A stretch of 64,000 nt of DNA from Verrucomicrobiota bacterium (GTDB lineage Bacteria; Verrucomicrobiota; Verrucomicrobiia; Limisphaerales; Palsa-1400), in contig JBEKYR010000031.1 of NCBI GenBank assembly GCA_049510745.1, forward strand, positions 23,689 through 87,688, read 5' to 3'. This document shows, piece after piece, positions 57,264-64,000 of the stretch. The position numbers and the translations under genes are program-made. The notes under the pieces are model-generated. The model was not told where the DNA came from. It worked only from the letters and a program-made list of their open reading frames with translations, and made no database searches. Positions within the stretch are counted from its first letter, which is position 1, and each line of letters begins with the position of its first letter.

Positions 57264-58031
57264 ATGCTCAAGCTCGGCGTCAATATCGATCATGTCGCCA
57301 CCGTCCGCGAGGTGCGCTACCGGGGACGCGAGCGGGGCGAACCGGACCCGGTCGAGGCGGCTCTGATCTGCGAATCGGCCGGCGCGCACGGGATCACGGC
57401 CCACCTGCGCGAGGACCGGCGCCATATTCAAGAGCGCGACATTCGCCGCCTGCGCCAGGCGCTCAAGACCCGCCTCAACCTCGAGATGGCCGCCACGGCG
57501 GAAATCGTCGCCTTCGCCCTGGAAATCAAGCCGGACATCGTTTGCCTGGTGCCCGAACGGCGGGCCGAAGTCACCACCGAGGGGGGCCTGGACGCGGCCC
57601 GGCACTGGCTGCCCCTGGCCGAGACGCGCCGGCGGATGAACGAGGCCGGCATCGAGGTCAGCCTGTTTATCACGCCGGACGCGGAGCAAGTCGAGGCCGC
57701 CGGGCGGGTGGGGGCTCAATTCGTCGAATTGCACACCGGGTCGTTCGCGGAGAATTTTCATCGCAAGCGCGAGCGGGCGCGGGAAACGGAACGGTTGATC
57801 GCGGCCGCGCGGCAGGCCCATGAGTTGGGCCTGCGGGTCAACGCCGGTCATGGATTGAACTACCAGAACGTGGGTGCGCTGCGGCCCGTGCCGCATCTGG
57901 TCGAACTGAACATCGGCCACAGCATCGTCAGCCGCGCGCTGATCGTCGGCCTGGCCACCGCCGTCCAGGAGATGCTCCTGGCCATGGAGGCCATAGGCGC
58001 GGGGCAAACTTCAACCGGACCCGAACTTTGA
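57264..58031 (+). CDS. pdxJ: Pyridoxine 5'-phosphate synthase
   Basis: [47 protein letters not shown] and ELNIGHS. Confidence 0.97.
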   Translation: MLKLGVNIDHVATVREVRYRGRERGEPDPVEAALICESAGAHGITAHLREDRRHIQERDIRRLRQALKTRLNLEMAATAEIVAFALEIKPDIVCLVPERRAEVTTEGGLDAARHWLPLAETRRRMNEAGIEVSLFITPDAEQVEAAGRVGAQFVELHTGSFAENFHRKRERARETERLIAAARQAHELGLRVNAGHGLNYQNVGALRPVPHLVELNIGHSIVSRALIVGLATAVQEMLLAMEAIGAGQTSTGPEL

Positions 58032-58408
58032 TCCTCGGCACCGGCATTGACCTCATCGAAGTGGAACGCGTGGAGGCGGCGTACCGGAGACACGGAGAGC
58101 GTTTCGCGCAACGGATACTGCGCCCGGGCGAACTGGCCTACTGTCTCTCCCACAAATCGCCCGGCCCGTTTCTGGCGGCGCGCTTTGCCGGCAAGGAAGC
58201 CATCTCGAAGGCCTTCGGCACCGGTATCGGCGCGCAACTGGGATGGCAGGACATGGAGATTTGCCGGAAGGAATCCGGCCAGCCATACGTCGTGCTGCAC
58301 GGCAAAGGGCAAAGCCTGCTGGCGGCGCGCGGGGGGCGGGAGGTGCATATCAGCCTGAGCCACACCGAAAAGCACGCCACCGCCGTCGCCCTTCTCGAAG
58401 GCGCGTGA
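58028..58408 (+). CDS. acpS: Holo-[ACP] synthase
   Basis: [26 protein letters not shown] and ISLSH. Confidence 0.96.
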   Translation: MILGTGIDLIEVERVEAAYRRHGERFAQRILRPGELAYCLSHKSPGPFLAARFAGKEAISKAFGTGIGAQLGWQDMEICRKESGQPYVVLHGKGQSLLAARGGREVHISLSHTEKHATAVALLEGA

Positions 58409-58542
58409 GCGCAAGCGCGATCTGATGGTTCATTTCAAGAGTCGTTTTCCGGGATCGGTTGCTGACGTCCGTGCCTTCGGGGACATCCCCCTCCCCCCTG
58501 TTGTTTTGGGATTTGATTTAGTCTGATTTGGTTTGGTGGATT

Positions 58543-58630
58543 CTCGTCATTGGGTCCTTTACCGCGAAACCATTCGGGGTTCGTCATTGGAGTTCGTCAT
58601 TCGTCACTGGATTTCGTCACTCGTCATTTT
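58543..58630. repeat. Cluster of TTCGTCA(T) heptamer repeats, related to 33300-33318
   Basis: tcgtcatt/tcgtcact recurs several times between converging genes; the same unit follows the 32793 gene. Confidence 0.7.
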
Positions 58631-58692
58631 CTCGGGTCGATCGAGCTTGCCCTCCAGCGACACCGACGACTGGCTGAGATGGGTCCGCTTCT

Positions 58693-60354
58693 TCATTGGC
58701 CGAGCCGGGCGGATGGCTCAGGCGGAAATGGGGCGCGGCCCCGCGTGGCGTCAGGCGGCCCCGCCACCGGCAACTTCTCCCCGGCCAGTTTGGGGAAACG
58801 GCCCGGCTGGCGCGCCAGCACCACGGCCAGGTCATCGAAATAAACCGCCCGCCATCCGTATTCTTTTGACAGCGCCGCCGCGCCGGCCAGGTTTGCGGGC
58901 AACAACGCCAGGTCCGCCCGGTCGATGTCCAGAATCCTTTTGTCCACCGGCTCGCCGTTGTAAAACTTCCAATGTTCCGGGATCAGTTCGCGCGGGTAGC
59001 AGGTTTCCCACCGGCCATCGAGGGACATGGCGCACTCCGGCAGCTCCCACAGGCACATCTCGCCCCAATCGAAGAAGACCAGTAAATTGCCGCGCAATTC
59101 GCGCGCGCGCATGAAAGCGATCGCGCTGACGGGATATTGGCTCCGCGGCGCCTCCATCGTCACCGGATGCTCCTTGTGCAAGGTGAAGGTGGCGGCGCCA
59201 ATGCCGGCCGTGGCGAGCGCCAGGAGAACCGCGGCCGCCCGCCGCGCCGCAGGATGGCGGGCCAGTTGCTCCAGCCGGGCGAAGGATTCGCGATGGCGCG
59301 CCAGGATGTCCGCCAGATGCGGGGGAACAAAGGCGAGCGCGGCAATGGCAAACAACGGCGTATGCCGGGCCGACCGCAGGGCAAACACCGCCAGTCCCGC
59401 GCACACCGCAATTTCCCACAACGCGCGCCTCCGGTGGGTCAACAAGAATGAAACCAGCGCCAGCGCCAGCAGGATGAAAAGCGCCGCATGATCCCAGCTC
59501 AGTCCGGTCGGATGCCATTCTTCCAATTCCGGCCGATGGTGGAGCCAGACCACGCCGCTGATCGTCCATCGAATCAACTCCCACCCGTACGGGTTGACCA
59601 ACAAGGCGGCGGGACAAATCAAACAGGCCGCCCACAACGCCGCGACCGGCCGCGCCGCAACCGCCTCGACCGGCGCCCGGACCGCGAGGGCCGGAAATTT
59701 GTCCCAGAAAAGCTGCGCCGTCAGGGCCGCCGTCGAAGCCAGCAGCAGGGCGATTGCGGCCAGGACGCCGCCGTGGGTGTTGACCCACAAGGCGCACAGC
59801 GCCGGCAGGGCCGGCGCCCAGCGCCATTCTCCCCGCGCCACCCGCCGGAGCAGCCACAATTCAATTGACACTCCGAGCGCGGTGAAAATCTGCGGGCGCG
59901 GGGCAAAGCCGTAGGAAATTTCAACGACCGCGACCGCGCCGACCGCCCACGCGAGGGCGCGCCGCGGCCAGGGCAGATCGTCGCCGCCGAGGCGCAAGGC
60001 GATGCCAAAGGTCAGGAGGCCCACCAGTATCTTGAGCAGCAGAATTCCCGTTCCGCCCGCCAGCCTGTGGGCGGCGCCCAGCGCGGTTTCGGCCAGCCAT
60101 TCGTGATTGATCCACGGCGTGCCGCGCGCCGTCCAGGAGTAAGGCTCGACCGGTTGCAGCCTTCCGGTCATCAGGATGTGTTCGCCCACCAGCGTATGCG
60201 CCCAAAGATCCGGATCGGCGGTGTTCTCGGAAAACTGAGAAACCGCCAGCGCGAGCACAAACGCGCAAAAGAACCATTTCAAAACGGCGGAAGATCGATC
60301 GACCACGGCCCCGCCAGTCCAGCAGATTCCCCGGCCCTTCGCAAGATTCTTCAC
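58693..60354 (-). CDS. Polytopic membrane protein, putative GT-C-fold glycosyltransferase
   Basis: DPDLWAH..G, PWINHEWL, PRPQIFT, LWVNTHGG, NPYG and EW in a multi-TM scaffold, plus a C-terminal soluble domain. Confidence 0.65.
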   Translation of the reverse strand: MKNLAKGRGICWTGGAVVDRSSAVLKWFFCAFVLALAVSQFSENTADPDLWAHTLVGEHILMTGRLQPVEPYSWTARGTPWINHEWLAETALGAAHRLAGGTGILLLKILVGLLTFGIALRLGGDDLPWPRRALAWAVGAVAVVEISYGFAPRPQIFTALGVSIELWLLRRVARGEWRWAPALPALCALWVNTHGGVLAAIALLLASTAALTAQLFWDKFPALAVRAPVEAVAARPVAALWAACLICPAALLVNPYGWELIRWTISGVVWLHHRPELEEWHPTGLSWDHAALFILLALALVSFLLTHRRRALWEIAVCAGLAVFALRSARHTPLFAIAALAFVPPHLADILARHRESFARLEQLARHPAARRAAAVLLALATAGIGAATFTLHKEHPVTMEAPRSQYPVSAIAFMRARELRGNLLVFFDWGEMCLWELPECAMSLDGRWETCYPRELIPEHWKFYNGEPVDKRILDIDRADLALLPANLAGAAALSKEYGWRAVYFDDLAVVLARQPGRFPKLAGEKLPVAGPPDATRGRAPFPPEPSARLGQ

Positions 60355-60373
60355 GCGATCCCCCTGTGAAAAG

Positions 60374-62206
60374 TCACGGTTTTCTGCGCCACACGCCCGC
60401 GCCTTTCATCCGGCCGCTGGAAAACGGCTCGCCCCAGGCGGCCTCCACCGTGTAATTTTGTTTGACCCATTGCAACAGCAGCCACCCGTCTTTTCCCGGC
60501 GCGCCGTAATCGTGGATGCCGTGCTCGCTCAGGTCGAGCGAGATCAGCGCCACATAATCGGGCGGCGCCGTCCGCAGCCGATCCACCAGCGATTGCTCCG
60601 CCCCGCCCGCTCCCACGTCCGGCAACGGCGAGATGTGGCGCGCCAGAAAGTTGATGGAAAGGCCGTCCGGCAGCACCAGCAGCGTCGCCCCCGGCGGCGC
60701 CCCGGCCAATCGTTTCACCACCCAATCCACCAGCGTCCCGGTGGGATCGATCTCCCGGTCAAAGGCGTAAAACCGGTCCGCCCGCGCGCCGACCGGCTGG
60801 GTCTGCCCGGCGCGAATGGCATTGGACTGCGCGGCAATCGCCCCGCAGGCCAGTGTCAAGACGAGCAAACCGCCGGCCGCGGCCACCGCTCGTCCGGCGC
60901 GTCCCGGCCCGGTCCAACGGGGAACCTCGCTGACCATCATGGCAGCGGCCGCCATCCCCGCCAGCGCCGCCTGAAAGAAACCGAAATGATACACGCGCGC
61001 GAAAAGCGCCATGCGCGCCAGCATCGCCGCCGCCAGCAGCAGCAGCAGCCACCGCATAAGGGCGGACGGGTCCATCCGGCCCGTTCGCCGCCAGTCGCTC
61101 CGCAGTCTGACGCCATAAAACACCAGCCCCGCTGCTGTCAACAATGGCAGACATTGCCCGACGTGAAACCAGCCGCCCTCCAGGCGCGCGGAAAACGCCA
61201 GCCCGCCCAGCACGACCACCGCGATGATTCGCACCGCGGACCAGGGCCGGTTGACAAACCAGCCCGCCGCCCACGTGGCGCCGATGACGACGACCGCGCA
61301 CAGCCCCCCTTTCAGTTCCAGCCAGGCGTTGCTCCACGGATGGTCAAAGCCGGCGAAGCGGCTCTGTCCGGCCGCAAAGCCGCCCATCCCGATGGGGTTG
61401 ACCAGCACACGCCACCAAGCGTTGCAGGCGTGGGTGAGCGCCAGGCCGAAAGGTTCGCTCGCGGCAAAGCCGAGCGCGAAGGCCAGCGTCGGCCAGGCCG
61501 CGCCCGCCGCCAGGAGCGCCCATTCCCGCCCGGAAACCGGCTGTCGTTGCATCGCGCGCAAGGCCAGCGCGGCCAGGCCGAGCACCCCGGCCGCCAGCAT
61601 GAATTCCGGTTTCAGCACCGCCGCCAGTCCGCCGCATGTTCCCAAGGCAAAGGCCAGCGGCGCCGACCGGGCGCGGCGCCACGCGGCCGCCGCAAACAGT
61701 GTCAAGAGCATTAACAACAGGCCGTGGGTGCTCTCGTGCGCATAGGGCGCGGCGTAATTGTAATTGCCGACGGACGTCAGATGCGAAAACGAGAACACGG
61801 AAATGAACACCGCGCACGCCGCGAACGCCCCCAGCCGGCCCCAGGCCCGCCGAAACGCGCCGTAAGCCAGCGCCAGGATGGCGCCATAGATCAGCAGGTT
61901 GGCCGCGAACAGGACCGTCAGGCTGGCGCCGAAGGTTTTGAAGAGCAACCCGTTGGCGTAGGCAGACAGCGGCCCGTAGTTCCAAGCCCCCTCGTGGAAC
62001 AGCATCCCGCCCCCCGCGATGCGCCAGGCGGCGTACCACTGCGGCCCGGAATCAATGATAGGGTCCGGCCATTTCCGCCAGGACACCCCCAAAAAATAGG
62101 CCAGCAGCGCGGCCAGGAGCACGCCGCCGCCGGCTTCCGCCAGCCAGGGCGGCCAGGCGTTCGCCGCCGGAGTCCCATCCGCTTTTTGTTCCGGGGAGAT
62201 CGGCAT
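60374..62206 (-). CDS. Polytopic membrane protein, putative GT-C-fold (ArnT/PMT-like) glycosyltransferase
   Basis: DSG in the first loop, NYGPLSAY, PYAHE, LKPE and many TM helices. Confidence 0.65.
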   Translation of the reverse strand: MPISPEQKADGTPAANAWPPWLAEAGGGVLLAALLAYFLGVSWRKWPDPIIDSGPQWYAAWRIAGGGMLFHEGAWNYGPLSAYANGLLFKTFGASLTVLFAANLLIYGAILALAYGAFRRAWGRLGAFAACAVFISVFSFSHLTSVGNYNYAAPYAHESTHGLLLMLLTLFAAAAWRRARSAPLAFALGTCGGLAAVLKPEFMLAAGVLGLAALALRAMQRQPVSGREWALLAAGAAWPTLAFALGFAASEPFGLALTHACNAWWRVLVNPIGMGGFAAGQSRFAGFDHPWSNAWLELKGGLCAVVVIGATWAAGWFVNRPWSAVRIIAVVVLGGLAFSARLEGGWFHVGQCLPLLTAAGLVFYGVRLRSDWRRTGRMDPSALMRWLLLLLAAAMLARMALFARVYHFGFFQAALAGMAAAAMMVSEVPRWTGPGRAGRAVAAAGGLLVLTLACGAIAAQSNAIRAGQTQPVGARADRFYAFDREIDPTGTLVDWVVKRLAGAPPGATLLVLPDGLSINFLARHISPLPDVGAGGAEQSLVDRLRTAPPDYVALISLDLSEHGIHDYGAPGKDGWLLLQWVKQNYTVEAAWGEPFSSGRMKGAGVWRRKP

Positions 62207-62340
62207 ACCTTCGTCGTCCCGCCAGCATACGCGCTTGCCGCCCCGCGGCTCAAGCTCTCTGCGCCCGGCGGCCGGGCCGCTTGCCGATTGCGCTTGCCAA
62301 TCGAATCGAAATTGGAGAAGCCTGTCCGCCGACACTCGAT

Positions 62341-63069
62341 ATGAGCCAGTGGCCCAAACAATTTCCTCCCCTGTCCCCAGAAGATAAGCGCATTTGCGAT
62401 GACTTCATGGAGCATTGGCACGACGTTTATCCGGCGCGGTATTCCATGGCCGATCGTTTCGGCCACCTCTATGTGGCGCGCCATCGGCCGGCCCGCTTCG
62501 CGCGCACCCTGGAGATCGGCGCGGGACTGGGGGAACATCTCAAATACGAAACCTTGAGTGAAGAACAGGAACGCAATTACGTCGGGGTCGAAACCCGCGA
62601 GAACATGGCGCGGCGCTTGCGGCAGGCCTGTCCCCGGATTCAAACCCACCTCGGCGACTGCCAGACGCGGCTGGACTTCCCGGACAATTATTTCGACCGG
62701 ATCATCGCCATCAATGTGCTGGAGCATTTGCCCAACCTCCCGGCCGCCATCCGGGAAATGCACCGGCTGTGCGACAAGGCCGCGGGCCAGTTCTCCATTG
62801 TCATTCCGTGCGAGGGGAGCCTGGCCTACAGCCTGGCGCGTGAGATTTCCGCCAAACGCATCTTCCAGAAACGCTACCACCGGCCCTACCATATTTTCAT
62901 CTCGCGCGAACACATCAACGTCCCGAGGGAGATTCTGGCCGAGTTGGAGCCGTGGTTCGAGCTCACCCAATCCACCTATTTTCCGATTCCCGTCAAACTG
63001 GAGTTCTGCAATCTCTTCATTGGCGCCACCCTCAAACCCAAATCTCCGCCTGACGGCGCTCGCCCGTGA
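62341..63069 (+). CDS. Class I SAM-dependent methyltransferase
   Basis: LEIGAGLG and FPDNYFDRIIAINVLEHL. Confidence 0.9.
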   Translation: MSQWPKQFPPLSPEDKRICDDFMEHWHDVYPARYSMADRFGHLYVARHRPARFARTLEIGAGLGEHLKYETLSEEQERNYVGVETRENMARRLRQACPRIQTHLGDCQTRLDFPDNYFDRIIAINVLEHLPNLPAAIREMHRLCDKAAGQFSIVIPCEGSLAYSLAREISAKRIFQKRYHRPYHIFISREHINVPREILAELEPWFELTQSTYFPIPVKLEFCNLFIGATLKPKSPPDGARP

Positions 63070-63198
63070 ACCTCAAGCAAGCGCGCGGGGTCAGCGAAGC
63101 TCGCGTCGCGGGATCAGTCCTAGTTGGTATTGAATCATTTTGTCTCCTCATTTGTTTTTCAGACGCGCCAGTTTCGCCCAGGCTTGTTGGAACTGGCG

Positions 63199-63462
63199 CA
63201 GACCGCCGTCGCTCAATTGTTGAATGTATGAAGTTGACCCCAATGCTCGCCCAATGCTCGTGCTCGGCCAATGCTCGCCATGTTCTCTGGCCTTTTCTCA
63301 CTGAAGCAAAGCCGAGACAAACTACAATTGTTAAATGTTTAACTACGTCCCCAATTTCTTGACAGACCGCCGTCGCTCAATTGTTGAATGTATGAAGTTG
63401 ACCCCAATGCTTGCCCATGACCCCAATGCTTGACCAATGCTTGACCCAATGCTTGACCATTC
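63199..63462. repeat. Two perfect 49-bp direct repeats, one variant copy and CCAATGCT micro-duplications
   Basis: cagaccgccgtcgctcaattgttgaatgtatgaagttgaccccaatgct at 63199-63247 and 63363-63411; variant at 63325-63355; each perfect copy is trailed by repeated ccaatgct. Confidence 0.92.
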
Positions 63463-63505
63463 CACTTCGCCTACTCTACCCAATCCAGTGAAACAATTCA
63501 GTGGC

Positions 63506-63799
63506 TCAACGTTCCGGTCCGAACCAATTCCAAAGGAAAAGAAGTAAGAATGCTGTTAACCAGCCCATGATTCCGATGGGCATGACCAGTCGTTTGGGAC
63601 AGCGCCTGTAAAAGAACATGACTAGCACCACATTCACTATCACCATTCCCACAATCACATACGGTAAGGCTTTTTCACCGGCAACACGTTCCAACGGCTT
63701 CAACAGATACATGGACAATGCGAAAAAAACCATGCCTGCACCTGAAAAAATCATAAAACGTCCACCTGTACCAACATCGAATGGCTGCTTCTCGTTCAT
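63506..63799 (-). CDS. Small low-GC membrane protein (3 TM)
   Basis: About 97 aa with three hydrophobic helices; AT-richer than its neighbours. Confidence 0.65.
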   Translation of the reverse strand: MNEKQPFDVGTGGRFMIFSGAGMVFFALSMYLLKPLERVAGEKALPYVIVGMVIVNVVLVMFFYRRCPKRLVMPIGIMGWLTAFLLLFLWNWFGPER

Positions 63800-63882
63800 T
63801 TCGTGCAACGGCAGTTTTTGTTGTAATCGCTCATCATATTCCTCAACTGAGACTGCAATCCCTGTATCGTTTGATCAACGAT

Positions 63883-63908
63883 TTGGGGTCAACTTCATAC
63901 ATTCAACA
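63883..63908. repeat. Inverted 26-bp copy of the 63199/63363 repeat core
   Basis: ttggggtcaacttcatacattcaaca is the exact reverse complement of tgttgaatgtatgaagttgaccccaa. Confidence 0.92.
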
Positions 63909-64000
63909 TTTCGCCGATTTTGTTCAGCCGAGCGATGCAGCGTTCCGCGCGTTTTGCTTCAAGTGCATCGGTTTCCACTATGCGCTGATAACGTTTGATC

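Noticed and set aside
63066..63362. 98-aa ORF after the methyltransferase
   Set aside because: It runs through non-coding repeats and shows no protein-like features.
63199..63411. Direct repeats as a CRISPR array
   Set aside because: Only two 49-bp copies with a 115-bp gap, plus an inverted copy; no cas genes.

Overview
GC-rich bacterial chromosome segment. The gene content suggests Verrucomicrobiota subdivision 3 (Pedosphaera/Limisphaera-like); this is inference from the ECF sigma/Ser-Thr kinase pair, H-X9-DG pseudopilins and secreted proteins sharing a C-terminal ...FYR domain. Housekeeping genes (rarA, ygfA, rny, dxr, addA, trpD, sua5/tsaC, comEC, pdxJ, acpS, NCS2 and OPT transporters, a probable 6S RNA) alternate with accessory genes (NHL, PD40-like and BspA-like LRR repeat proteins, glycoside hydrolases, two toxin-antitoxin-like pairs, GT-C-like membrane proteins) and several small palindromic elements. 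Main observations: (1) an intact NrdA ribonucleotide-reductase paralogue that has lost its radical-chemistry residues but keeps the ATP cone and probable NrdR boxes; (2) an AbrB-fused putative antitoxin next to a small R-S-H (Tse2/ART-like) putative toxin; (3) a low-GC small gene bracketed by GGGGTC-ended repeats at the window end; (4) a copy of the kinase promoter and 5' end placed in front of the NHL gene; (5) a LysR box, small ORF and alternative-hairpin unit; (6) frequent leaderless promoter geometry. I saw no CRISPR array, rRNA, tRNA, transposase or integrase. All calls are by eye; no database searches were run.
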